Shown piece by piece: positions 1 through 13,565 of a stretch of 64,000 bases of DNA. Made by a program: the position numbers and the translations under genes. Under the pieces are notes generated by a model, which was not told where the DNA came from, did not search any database, and saw nothing but the letters and a program-made list of their open reading frames with translations. The first letter of the stretch is position 1. Every line of letters begins with the position of its first letter. The stretch is from the NCBI RefSeq assembly GCF_006345805.1, contig NC_043020.1:21080001-21144000 (forward strand). Direction: 5' to 3'. Origin of the DNA: Octopus sinensis (taxonomy: Eukaryota).

Positions 1-439
1 GTTGTTCTTTAATCCCATCTTTGTGTGTTTTTTGTCTTTTTTCTTTTCTTATTTAAGGATCATATATAATATACACTCACGTGGTCCCCCACTTTTCTCG
101 CGGACTCTCATCTACTTTTCGACCTACTTTTTAGACTATTGCCACCACTCAAGGACTCTCTTACCACCGGACTCCGAACGGATTATCGATGGAACTATTT
201 ACTACTTAGAATATCACCTTCATGGATTTTACTGAGAACTGTTGTTGATTTGTAGTGCTGACATGGCTGACGGAAGGTAAAAGCTCGTCACATAATAGAT
301 CAAAAGAACTCGGATATTCCCTGGCAACATGGAAGCTGCTCGGCACTGATGGAAAGAGTGATATCGTCGGAAGGTTAATTTCCAGTTAACAGCTGATAAA
401 TGATGTCTTTTTGTTCAAACTGTGTGGTGTATGTATGTA

Positions 440-822
<383 letters not shown>

Positions 823-859
823 CATATATCGGAAAAGAAGCACACTCTAACTAATAGAA

Positions 860-1950
860 GCAGTAATTATTACAAGAAAAATTGAAAGTTTGGACATAGA
901 GTTACCAAAGGTTTCGTATCCACAAAGCCAAAGCCTTATGGACAGCTCGTCAGACTCTATACAAAGACAAAAAATTAAAACTTTCTAGGTCGCGGACTTG
1001 AGGAAAGGCTCAGAAATCGAGATTTAAGCCTTAACATATAAAAACGTTAATGTGTACGGATTGTCTTCTCTGAACCAGATGATAAAATATCCCTAATAGA
1101 CCTGAAAATGTCTAACCAGCAAATGGGGAGATCTAATTTTACAGTAGGTAGCGTTTGAAGTGGACACATTTAGAGAAAATTTCTTTACGACTATTTAATG
1201 TGCCAGGTTTAGTATATGAATTTTGGCTCTCTCCGCAATGCAGATTTTACAACGGCCTTTCGCATTAATATATAGGCCTGGATGATCTATTATTTTCCAC
1301 CTGATATCAGGTGCCAGATATGGCGGAACAGGGACGTGACAAACCGTCTTTCTGGGACTCTGAAGGACGACTGGTGGTTGCGGAAGCAACGTTTGGGAGA
1401 TGTACTGGCTGATCCAATATATTTATAGACTAGGGATGTGGCTATATACGCACTCCTGGTATATCTCTGATAGGCTCCGATCCTGGGGATGCTGTTGGTA
1501 ACACCGTTGCTGACTCAGTTGATATGGCACAATGATCTGGCGTGTTATCGCCGTGGTTATCACTGCTGGTCGTATGATTGGCGATGTTGCTGCGTGCGGC
1601 CGACCTTAACTCGTCTAGCCTAACGACCCTCCGTGTTTGTTTTCGTTTGGTTTGTTGTGCGTCTCTACTGTCCTGCTTTTGTTACCCTCCGCAAATCCCA
1701 AAGTTTATTTTGGTTCGCGGGAGCATCAGTTTTTCGAAGCCTCATATTGTCGTTAATTGCTCGAAATGTGGAGTAGATGAACAGCCAACAACTGATGAAG
1801 GGTCCTTCTTTATGTTACTCGTCTTGTTTTCCATTTGTTTCTCTCGTTGTTCGCATATCCAAGTTTCCTTTCGTATTTCATGTTATTTTCGTGTTTCATG
1901 ATTCATGTTGTTTGCGTATTTCATGTTGTTTACGTTTTGTGACGTCCTGT
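860..1950 (-). mobile_element. Penelope-like element (PLE) remnant with a frameshifted GIY-YIG endonuclease
   Basis: Minus-strand frames at about 1500-1200 read IYQECV / YKYIGSASTSPKRCFRNHQSSFR..FVTSLFRHIWHL / DIRWKIIDHPGLYINAKGRCKICIAE. This matches the PLE GIY-YIG pattern (YIG, NH.SSF, HIW.L, W.I, C..C). Outer limits are approximate. Confidence 0.75.
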
Positions 1951-2013
1951 AGCCATATATGCATATATATATATACATATATATGTAAGTATGTTCATAT
2001 ATGTATGTATATA

Positions 2014-2101
<88 letters not shown>

Positions 2102-2114
2102 ATATAATATATAT

Positions 2115-2158
<44 letters not shown>

Positions 2159-2235
2159 ATATAGATTATAGGTCCCGCGTTGAGTCGGGGTTAACCACAG
2201 TCAATAAGGTACTCAATACATAGCAGAGTAAATTA

Positions 2236-2395
2236 ATTTATTTTATAGAAGGAGCTTCTACAGGACTAGAACTGTTTCATTCAAAAGAAATCATCAGGAA
2301 GCTAGTAGACAAGAGTTGTTTTGGCATTTATACATTTAGGCAGGTTTAAATGGGTAGTGGTGGGGGACTTTTCTGGGGGGTAGGCATGGCGCAAA
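2236..2395 (-). repeat. Left arm of a 160-bp inverted repeat (PLE pseudo-LTR-like), partner at 3805-3964
   Basis: Reverse complement of 3805-3964 with 2 mismatches by manual comparison. Confidence 0.93.
2253..2303 (-). ncRNA. Minimal type I hammerhead ribozyme (copy 1)
   Basis: Exact reverse complement of 3897-3947. Confidence 0.75.
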
Positions 2396-3664
2396 ACTGT
2401 CATTATAAGGGGAGTGGTCAAAGGAATCGTTGGTAAAGTAGATAATAGAATAAATAAAAGAATAAAAAAATAAAAAATAAAATAAAAGAAAAATAGGGTT
2501 TGAGGTTAGTAGGGAGACTCTCACTTGTACATCTACATATATATATATACACATATATACATCCGCAATTCACATATATCTATACATATACATACACCCA
2601 CATATACATACATATATATATATATAATATATAATACATACATACATACACAACATATACATATATATATACCATACATATACATACATACATACACATA
2701 CCCATGTACGTACACACAGATACAACATATACATACATATACATACATATATGTATACCCACTCGCACGAATATATACAAATGCATATACATGCACACAC
2801 AAACACACACATTTTTATTCTCTTATTTTAATTTTATTATTACTGCTTTTTGTTTATATCTTTATTTTTATTTTTTATTTTTATCTTGACCGGTCAATCG
2901 GTCTCAAGGGACGATATAAAGATTCCGTTTATCTGTCTACTTACTTATACGAAGAACGCAGGCACTCACCCACGCCCACACGCTCACACGTACACACACG
3001 TACGTGTTATATTCATACACGCATACATCTACATACATTCACGTATATTCACATACACGCATACACATACATACCTCAACACACTCACAGAAGACTAGTC
3101 CATACATATACACTAATTAATATATATGCACATATACATATACACATACATACACATACATACATATACATACACATATACATATATATATATATACATA
3201 TATACTCATATACATATACATACACATATACACTCATACATATATACACACACACATACATATACATATACATATATATATATATATATATATAAAACGG
3301 GATACATGCATACTCAACTAATAATAATAATAATAATAATAATGATAATAATAATAATAAAAATAATAAATATATATACGTGCAGTTACCCATTATACAA
3401 ACGGATACATACATATAAACATACCCATATATACCTATTTACACATATGTATATATACATACATACATACATACACACATAACTCTACATACCTACATAT
3501 ACATAAACATACAAGCGTACATATATATATACATATATATACACATATATATATATATATATGTGTATATATATATACATATATATATACATACACATAC
3601 ACACACACACATATATATATACACATCCATATACACATACACACATACACACATACACACACAT

Positions 3665-3696
<32 letters not shown>

Positions 3697-3804
3697 TATA
3701 TATACATTTACACACACATCTACACATATATATACACATACACATACACACACATATACATACACATACATATATATATATACATATATATACATATATA
3801 TATA

Positions 3805-3964
3805 TTTGCGCCATGCCTACCCCCCAAAAAAGTCCCCCACCACCACCCATTTAAACCTGCCTAAATGTATAAATGCCAAAACAACTCTTGTCTACTAGCT
3901 TCCTGATGATTTCTTTTGAATGAAACAGTTCTAGTCCTGTAGAAGCTCCTTCTATAAAATAAAT
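3805..3964 (+). repeat. Right arm of the 160-bp inverted repeat
   Basis: Reverse complement of 2236-2395; abuts (TA)n. Confidence 0.93.
3897..3947 (+). ncRNA. Minimal type I hammerhead ribozyme (copy 2), predicted cleavage after GUA at 3941
   Basis: AGCTTC-CTGATGA-T(TTC TTTT GAA)T-GAAA-CAG TTCTAGTC CTG-TA-GAAGCT. Intact CUGAUGA and GAAA core, 6-bp stem I, 4-bp stem III with a CTAG palindrome in loop 3, and a weak stem II with a U-U mismatch at 10.1/11.1. Confidence 0.75.
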
Positions 3965-3980
3965 ATATATATATATATAA

Positions 3981-4261
3981 TACAAAATTAGAGAATGGAG
4001 AAACATACTTAAATCAATAAAACATCAACTATCAGATGATACCCAATCAATACTTTAATACACCATTACATATCAGTAAAGGCAAATTACATATTATATT
4101 TGAAATTTTATACTTATATCTCTTTGTCTATTTACTCTTACTGTATATTTTGTATAATGCCTTTACTGATATGTAATGGTGTATTAAAGTATTGATTGGG
4201 TATCATCTGATAGTTGATGTTTTATTGATTTAAGTATGTTTCTCCATTCTCTAATTTTGTA
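3981..4261. repeat. Perfect 104-bp inverted repeat (3981-4084 / 4158-4261) with a 73-bp spacer
   Basis: TACAAAATTAGAGAATGG...GTAAAGGCA versus TGCCTTTAC...CCATTCTCTAATTTTGTA. Confidence 0.92.
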
Positions 4262-4494
4262 GTATTAATTTACGGTAATATTATTACCTTTACCCATATA
4301 ATACAATAGATGAACTGATTGTTTGACAATTTTTAACATCTATGTATTAGTCTTGTTGGGTACCTATCTAGCAGTATATTGGATATATATTATCCCATGG
4401 TGGGTTGAATTTTCAACCCCTATCTCATTTTATAACCTATATATATATATAAATGTTTTACGTTCCTGTCCCAGTTTGTATTTTTTACATATAC

Positions 4495-4585
<91 letters not shown>

Positions 4586-4664
4586 ATGTATATATACATA
4601 TATAGATATATATATCATATATATATACATACACATATATATATATATACTATATATATATTAC

Positions 4665-4697
<33 letters not shown>

Positions 4698-4716
4698 TAT
4701 ATATATATATGTATAT

Positions 4717-5545
4717 GTAAAAAAATACAAACTGGGACAGGAACGTAAAACATTTAGAAGACGATACAAAAACACGACGACGGACATTCGAAGCCTTCAA
4801 TCTTCAGTCAAGAACCGGATCATCTTCGCAATTTCGGCTGATTAATCTTGAGATTCCTCCGATCTGGCCAGCCCCAAGGGAAAATCTAAGCCAAGCGCAT
4901 TAGATTCCTTGGAAGAAAGCCTCGAATGTATACAAAACAAGGACGAAAAACAGGACGATGTTACACGAATAAAAATGCAAAAATACGTAAAAACAATAAT
5001 GATACTAATAATAACAACAAAAACAGGACATCACAGACAAGCGTCTTTTCGACAGGACGAGTAAATGTTTGAGCTGGCGTTAGAAAAAAGCCTTAGGGCT
5101 AGAGAGAGAAAAAAAATTGTGTCTTGCCGCAACGGCTGCTGACCACGAAAGGGTTAGCAATCGGTCGGCTAGTCACGTGTGAGAAGAGAGAGGAAAAGAG
5201 GGACAGAAAGAAGGCGAACAAGGAACAAAGGAGGAGGAGAAGAGAGAGAGAGACAGAGAGAGAAAGAGACGATCAAAGAGGAGTGCGAAGTGTGAAAGGC
5301 AGAGAATTGTCCTGTTTTCCATCCTTGTTTTGTATACATTCGAGGCTTTCTTCCAAGGAATCTAATGCGCTTGGCTTAGATTTTCCCTTGGGGCTGGCCA
5401 GATCGGAGAAATCTCAAGATTAATCAGCCGAAATTGCGAAGATGATCCGGTTCTTGACTGAAGATTGAAGGCTTCGAATGTCCCGTCCGTGTTTTTGCAT
5501 CGTCTTCTAAATGTTTTACGTTCCTGTCCAGTTTGTATTTTTTAC
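4717..5545. mobile_element. Non-coding element with about 240-bp inverted termini (4717-4956 / 5309-5545) embedded in (TA)n; possibly PLE-related
   Basis: The arms are near-identical reverse complements. A diverged homologue lies at about 45110-45500. The PLE assignment is inference. Confidence 0.7.
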
Positions 5546-5621
5546 ATATACATATATATATATATAATATATATATATAATATATATATATATTATATAA
5601 ATATATATATATATAATATAT

Positions 5622-5668
<47 letters not shown>

Positions 5669-5731
5669 ATTATATATATTATATAATATATAATAATATA
5701 TATATAATATATATATATATATATTATAATA

Positions 5732-5776
<45 letters not shown>

Positions 5777-5832
5777 CATATATATATAATATATATATAT
5801 ATATATTGTATATATATATAATGTAATATATA

Positions 5833-5887
<55 letters not shown>

Positions 5888-5896
5888 TATATATAT

Positions 5897-6030
5897 ATAA
5901 TTTTAATCCAAACGGGAAACAAAAAAACAACAACAATGGAACAATTACAGTATTATTATTAATAGGCGCTCAGGAAAAGGAAGCAGGGAGGTATGACGTT
6001 TCGAGCGGAGCTCTCGTCGGAAGGAAACAT
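5897..6030 (-). repeat. Interspersed repeat terminus, second copy at about 14490-14580 (+)
   Basis: Shared CCTGAGCGCC..TAATAATAATACTGTAATTGTTCC..TTGTTGTTG..TTTCCC.TTTGGATTAAAA next to (TA)n. Confidence 0.7.
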
Positions 6031-6672
6031 AAGAAGGAAGATGAGAAGGAAAGAAAGATCCCAGAGCGGGCAACAGGGAAAGAGAAAAAAGACGACTGGT
6101 GTTACGAGTTGCACATGGTGAAAGGCGGATGTTTACGAAAACAGAGCAAAGTGGGTTTTTAAAGGCAAAAGAGTGGAGACAAGGTTGGTAACGCAACAGA
6201 TGTGTGTGTATGTGTGAGTGTGTGCGGTGCGTGTGTGTATGTGTGTGTGTGAGGCGAGATGAAAAACAAAAAAATATATATGTGTGTGTTAGTGTGTGCG
6301 TCTGTGTGTAGGCGTGTGAGGTAGGGCGAGATAGTGGTCAGCTTAGCAGACAAAGGTCAGTAGTAAGAAAAAGAAGGAAGGAGGAAGGGAGGGAGGGGAG
6401 GGGTGGGGGGGCGTATGTAGCGTGCCAGCGTTTTTGTTGAGTAGTGGTGTGTGTGTGTCCAGTGTCGTGGTGGTATAAATGGCGAGTAGATTGAATGTGT
6501 GTAAGAGTAATGTATATATTTAAGCAATGTGTGTATATGTGTGCGCGTGTGTGTAACGAAAAAGGGGGGGTTAAGGAAAAAGGACTCCAGCTGAGGGGAA
6601 GATGGAAGAGTGGTCCCGCGGAGGCGGGCGTGGGAAAACCCAACGACACGCGACGGTCCCAGGAACGGGCGG

Positions 6673-6727
<55 letters not shown>

Positions 6728-7407
6728 AAAAAATACAAACTGGGACAGGAACGTAAAACATTTATATATATTACAGAAAAAAAAGGAAAAAGAAAAGAGG
6801 AAGAGAGACAAAAGGGAGGGACAAAAAGAGAAGCATCCATAACATGAGGTAGAGAGAATGTAATTGCAACGCTTTCATGTAATTAGTTAAAGAGAAAGAA
6901 AGAAGAAAAGGAGAGGGAAAAAGAGGATAAGGCGAAGACTGAAACAGAAAGAGGAAGAAAGAAAGAGAGATAGAGAAAGAAGCGTCCATGACGTGAGGTA
7001 GGGGGAACGTAATAATTTTAGCAGAGGGGTGATGTTCTGATGGTGTGGTTAAAGAAAGGCAGAGAGAGAGAGAGAGAGGGGGGAGAGAGAAAGAAAGAGG
7101 GGAGAGAGAAGGAGGAGAAAGATGGTGGTGGTGGTGGAGATGGAGGTGGTGATCGTGACTGGATAGTGAAAAGTATACTTTTTTTTAAATTGAACTAAGT
7201 TTTTTTTATATCACTTAGCGCATGCACAATTCCGTGAAATATTCACGCTTACTTATGTGGCAGATATGTACAATTTAACTAAAGGTTGTATCATATGTAC
7301 GGGATTTTTTCTTTTGTTTATGGAGAAAATGGAAAAATAAAGTGAATATTTATTTTAGGAGTGCTGTGTATTAAGTCTATAAAATTGTGCAATTAGTATA
7401 TAACATA

Positions 7408-9012
7408 ACTAGCATTATGACCCGTCGTTGCCGGGTCATAGTGTTAGTACATGTACTTTTGTGTATATATATGTGTACATATTACATGTACATCTATATA
7501 TATACATCTACACATAAAATACAAAATACAAAGTTATATCTTGATATCGCTAGTGATAACAATACTCAAAATATATAACAGACTGGAATTGTAGGCTTGC
7601 CTCTTGCAATTTCGATCAATTGTATCTTGTCCTCTCTCTTGTATAGAAGTGTGGCTACAATCCAGCCTACTTCTACTTCTGGGGGGACATTTTAAATTTT
7701 TATCCGAGACGTCCTACGTCCCAGATATAAAGGTAAAAATAAAATATTTCCACTTTGCAAGGTACGAGTCGAGTACTCCCTTGCACGCTCCGTTTACTGG
7801 AACCTTGCTTCTATTGTGGCGAATTTACCACCTCTGATTAGATATCTTTCATAGTCGCACCAAGACACTTTTCGATGGTGCTTTCCTCCAGGTATTCAAC
7901 TCTTTTTTTCTTCTCTACATTGTATACTTTATAGACAATAGTCTTTTCTTTAATTTAATTTTTTATTTCGTTTGGTGGTGTTATCCTAGATTCACCGCCT
8001 TTGTCGGTGATCAATCCGAAATAGGTTTGTATTCCTTCCATTTTAATTTTAATGAGTTCGCGCCCGCCGACGGCTGCAGCGAAATTCATTTTTGGACTTT
8101 CTTCTATCGAAGGCATTCTAACGAAAATGCTTCCGTGTAAACGGTGAAAATATTGTCGATTTCCCCAGACAGGGAGACAATTCAATTTTTAAACAATAAC
8201 CAAAGCTCCTTCTCCCAAAGGGGACTGGTTACAGTTTACAATTATTTAACAAATGCAACACAACAACGTTTCCCTTACGAGGAACCAACAAACGTGATAA
8301 CAATAGTTAAACAGTAATAATAATAACAAAAAACCTTACGGTGAATCAAAAAGCAGTACGCAGTTGAAGCTATAGTCCTTTATGTATAATAGTCCATCTG
8401 GACTATTCCATTTCTGCACGCTAATTTTATTTTTAATTTATTCCCATTCATGTGAAACTACTTATTCAAGTTCAAGCCATTGATGCAATTTTATACCAAT
8501 TGCTATTTTTACTTTTGTTATGTTTCGATTATATTATACTTTAGTTTGATTTTAATTATTACTTACTACATATAATTCAATTGTTATTATTATCTATAAT
8601 TTTTATTGTTAAAGTGAAAGTATCTGACATAAAATAGAGAAATGTTTTTGTTTCACTTTTAACACGTAATACTAAAATAGTGGAGAAGATATGATATTGC
8701 TATGGGCTCACCCTAGACAAGAAGTTGAACATTTTTTTGCCCATGAAACTACATGGACCTTAAGTAAGGCATGTGTAAAATTTGAATGAAATTGGTTGTG
8801 TAGTTCTCAAGTTTTAGGGAATCGTAGTGGAGAAGATATGATATTGCTGTGGGTTCGCCCTAGGCAAAAAGTTAAAAAAATTTTTGCCGATGACACTCCC
8901 CGGACAGGTATAAAATTTGAATGAAATTGGTTGTGTAGTTCTCAAGTTTTAGGGAAACACACAGACAGACAGACAGACACACACACATTCTCAGTTTTAT
9001 ATATAGAGAGAT
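7408..9012 (+). mobile_element. Non-autonomous Helitron-family element (Lep1/HINE-like)
   Basis: 5' ACTAGC followed by a 9-bp hairpin TATGACCCG..CGGGTCATA (7416-7440). 3' end has (GACA)n then TTCTCAGTTTTATATATAGAGAGAT. Internal tandem unit of about 148 bp at 8678-8955. Termini are shared with 23316-23714 and 25280-25670. Confidence 0.6.
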
Positions 9013-9090
9013 ATACGATAAATGAGTAAATGTTCGAATGAATATTCATATAGATATTCTTCTTCTTCTTCTCTTCTTCTTCTTCTTCTT

Positions 9091-9157
<67 letters not shown>

Positions 9158-9173
9158 GCAGTAAATATATAAT

Positions 9174-9240
<67 letters not shown>

Positions 9241-9243
<3 letters not shown>

Positions 9244-12200
9244 CCGGGGGACGTTTAACGGAGAACACCAGGGGACGTTTAACATGTGAGAGTTATAAAA
9301 CAGTGCTCTGAAATCTACCCACAAACATCGGAAACAAAGACATCGCATGGAGCCAAAAAATAACTGACAAAGGTTTGGACTATATCCGAGTAAGTAATAT
9401 TCATTGAAATTTATTGCTATTTTCCAAGCGAAATGATGTATTTTAACTCGATATCATCTCCAACCATGTAAACATGCTTGATACATTACGATCCATCAAC
9501 AACAGATCATCTCCGACCCCAAACACCATGTACAAAAAAACTACGAAAAATTAAATAATACCAGTATTATTCAACTCAAGAATAACAATCTGGAAGTACG
9601 TACTTTAAATTTGTTACACAAAAAGTACGAAAAACTACACGTGCAAAACAATGTGAAAATGACGACCGTCAAAATAATGGACCGGACGTTGTTCCTCATG
9701 TCCCGCAAATAAAACCAAAAAGGCATAAATGGACACGTGAGGAATACATTTCAATCCTACACGCTTACTTTACAGCAGTGCTCTACCCAAAGAACGAAAG
9801 CACAACAACATATACATATAAAATATAGAAGAAAAATAACATAAATAAAGACTTGGATACAGCAATGAACCCTAATAAACTAGCTAACGTACGAAGATAT
9901 ATTCTCAACGCAAAAAAATATCAGAAATAGAAATAGAACATTTAAAAGAAAAAATACACCAGGAAAATGTAGATAGAAGCCACACAACAATGCCAAATAA
10001 TATAAACACTGAAACTGTAAAACACAAAGACAAACGCAACATTTCCAACAAAAACAATATAAACAAAAAACAACAAACCCAGACCGTAAAGATGCATAAT
10101 AATGCACGACAAGCAGCAAGTCAAAACACGACAGACAAACATACGAATGAGAAAGAAAGTGATACAAATCTAAAATCTGGAAACAACGAAGGGGAGCCTA
10201 ATGATTATGATACTATAAAAAGTAGAATAATCAAAGAACTGAAAAACACAGATCTCAAAATGGACCACCGACCATACCTCCCAAAAATCAAAATAGACAA
10301 AAAAACAACATCAATTATAAACAGCATGAACCTAGCCGTCACAGAACTAATAGCCACCGAAACAAATAGCGATATCACTGAGCTAAATGACTTAGTATAT
10401 GCAGCAGCCACTGCAGCCACAAAAGAAGCTGGATACTCCCTCAAACCCATCCAAACAGGAGTACCAGCACCCAAACAAACCCTGTGGATAAATAACATTA
10501 AAAAAATACAAAAAGTGAGAAAAGATCTGTCGATTCTTAATGAAATCAGTAGACAATCAACGCTACTAAGCAACAAAAAGAAAACAAAAATACTGTGCAA
10601 ATACCACAGTACAGAAAAAGATTTACCCGAGATAAAAGAAAAGCTGAAGCAAGATATCCTTGCCAAAGCACAAAGGATCCGCCGGTACGAGAAACGCCAG
10701 CGCTTCTTTGAACAAAACAAAAAGTTCAACTCCAAACCCAAAAAGTTCTACCAAGAACTTGGCAAAAATAAAATAGACATCACTGCAGCACCAACGGCAG
10801 AAGAAGTGGAAGAATTCTGGAAAGAAATATGGTCGGCGAAAGAACAACAACCAAAAAAAAGGAGTATTAAAATAACAAACTCAGCATCTGAGCAACTTTG
10901 GACTCCCATAACAAATGAAGAGGTAACCCAGGCACTGCAAAGACTAAGCAACTGGAAGGCACCTGGGCATGACAAGATCCCCAACTTCTGGTTGAAATAT
11001 CTGACAGGAATGCACAAAAAGCTGGCTGAAAACTTTAACAACATACTGGCAGAGCCAGAGACAATGCCTGAATGGCTCACGAAGGGGAAAACCAACTTAA
11101 TTCCCAAATCCAATGAGACAGCAAAACCAGAAAACTACAGACCTATAACCTGTCTCTCTACAACGTACAAAACATTCATTGCAGTAATATCACAAAGATT
11201 AAACAAGCACCTGGACGAAAACAACCTGTTTCCAGAAGAACAGAAAGGATGCCGCAAAGCTTATATGGCTGTGAAGATCAACTAATGATCAATAAACCCA
11301 TAACTGAAGACAGCCACAGAAAGAAGAAAGGCCTCAGTATGGCCTGGATCGACTACAGAAAGGCGTTTGATAGCATCCCCCACGCATGGATCCTCGAAAC
11401 ACTAGCCATTAACAAAGTAGCACCAACAATTATAAGAAACATAGGACACTCTATGAATAAATGGCAAACAGTGCTACAGCTCCAAACAAAAGAGGGACTC
11501 GTGAAAACCAAAGCCATTTCCATTAGAAGAGGAATATTCCAGGGATCACGCCCTCTCCACTCCTTTTCTGCTTGGCATTGTCACCTCTATCTGATATGCT
11601 AATTAGAACTGGATGCGGATATAAATGTTACGGCAAAACGATCAGCCACCTTTTATATATGGATGACCTAAAACTATACGCTACAAATGACAAACAGCTG
11701 GAAACACTACTAAAGACAGTTCATGGATTCACCAAAGAAATAGATATGAAATTTTGATTAGAAAAATGCGCCAAAGTAACCCTGAAAAGAGGAAAACTAG
11801 TTAAGAGTAGCAACATCACACTAGATAAAGCCAATAAAATAAGAGAATTAGACCAAAGCCAAACTTACAAATATTTAGGAATCCATGAACTAGATAAGAC
11901 ACAGCACACACAAATGAAAGAGAAAATAAAGAAACAATACTATAGACGAGTGAGATCAATACTAAAAACAGAGCTCAATGCTAAAAACAAGATAATAGGT
12001 ATTCACACTTTAGCCGTCCCAGTTATAAGCTACAGCTACAATATCCTTAACTGGACGCTAAATGAACTAACCAAAATAGATAGGAAAACAAGAAAAATAA
12101 TGACAGGATCCTGGATGCATCACCCAAAATCTGACATAGAAAGGCTATATATATAACGTATAGAAGGTGGTAGAGGCCTTATAAAGCTGGAAAACTACTA

Positions 12201-13306
12201 TGAAATAACCACCATAGGACAGCAAAAATACCTACTTCAGAAGCAAGGAAAACTGATACAAATAGGTGCAAAATACGAGCAAAACAAAAAATTGTTCTCA
12301 GTATTTAAGGAAGCTGACAAATACAAACAAGAAATCATACCACCTAACAAATATGAAGAAGAAGAAGAAAACACAACAAAAGCTATAAAGCAAATGAAAT
12401 CAAAACTAATACTAGAACAGCAACGGACCATGATAAAACGATGGCAAGAAAAGCCCCTTCATGGCAAATACTGGACTAAACTAAATGCAAAAGAAATAGA
12501 CAAAGAAAAATCCCAGTAGTGGTTAAGAAGCTCAGGACTCAAAGCAGAGACAGAGGGATTTTTAATTGCAGCACAAGACCAAAGCCTCCCCACCAGAAAT
12601 TACCAAAAACATGCAATGAAAAGAAATATAACAAGTAACTGCAGAATATGTGGAGATGGACAAGAAACAATAAATCATATTTTCTCTGGCTGCCCAGTCC
12701 TGGCTAAGAAGGAATATATTCACAGACACGACAGAGTTGGGACCTACATACACTGGAAGCTATGCCAACATTATGGAATAACAACAGAAAAAAATGGTAT
12801 AGGCACACACCAGAAAAGGTCATAGAAAACGAGAAAGCAACCATACTCTGGGATATGCCAATACACATAGATAGAGAAATTAAGGCCAACAGACCAGATA
12901 TAGTTGTCAGAGATCATGAAGAAAAAAATACTTTCTAATTGATGTATCAATACCAGCAGATGACAACGTTTCTCTAAAAGAAATGGAGAAACTTTCAAAA
13001 TACAAAGACCTGGAAATAGAGGTAACTAGAACGTGGAATCTAAAAACAGAAACAATTCCTATCATAGTAGGTGCATTAGGCATGATAAAAAAAATGTTCA
13101 GACAAATACATAACAAAAACACCAGGACTTACAAACACATATAACATACAGAAAATTGCACTACTGGGCACTGCACACATCCTATGCAGAACACTTTCAA
13201 TACAGTAACCATCAGAGCATCACAGCAAATCACAGCACATACCCAAGGCACACAGAGCTGCGCTCGGTAGTGAAGTGAAAGCACGTTATAAAAATAAAAC
13301 TACTGA
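9241..13306 (+). mobile_element. Near full-length R4/Dong-clade non-LTR retrotransposon (RT plus restriction-like endonuclease), inactivated
   Basis: N-terminal RHKWTREEY motif; RT motifs KAPGHDKIPNFWLK, PENYRPITCL, WIDYRKAFDSIPH, RRGIFQG, HLLYMDDLKLY; CCHC knuckle CRICGDGQETINHIFSGC; RLE motif NRPDIVVRD..LIDVSIP..KYKDL. Flanked by (TAA)n at the 5' side and (TGA/TAA)n at the 3' side. Confidence 0.88.
9700..13208 (+). pseudogene. Dong/R4 polyprotein ORF broken by frameshifts and stops
   Basis: ORF pieces 9990-11285, 11249-11602, 11572-11757, 11914-12156, 12292-12519 and 12616-12825 tile one protein ending LGTAHILCRTLSIQ*. Confidence 0.88.
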
Positions 13307-13321
13307 ATGATGATGATGATG

Positions 13322-13353
<32 letters not shown>

Positions 13354-13363
13354 GATAATGATA

Positions 13364-13416
<53 letters not shown>

Positions 13417-13426
13417 AATGATAATC

Positions 13427-13515
<89 letters not shown>

Positions 13516-13565
13516 AATAATAATAATAATAATAATAATATAATAATAATAATAATAATAATAAT
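13307..13565. repeat. Mosaic (TGA)n/(TAA)n microsatellite at the Dong 3' end
   Basis: Direct inspection. Confidence 0.95.

Noticed and set aside
5453-5490. CTGAAGA..GAATGTC hammerhead-like motif in the 240-bp arms
   Set aside because: GAAA is replaced by GAAT, and there is no convincing stem I or II.
5995-6020. Hammerhead-like motif on the minus strand: CCGACGA-GAGC TCC GCTC-GAAACGTC
   Set aside because: The core has U4C, and the flanks (TTCCTT versus ATACCT) cannot form stem I. At best a decayed ribozyme.
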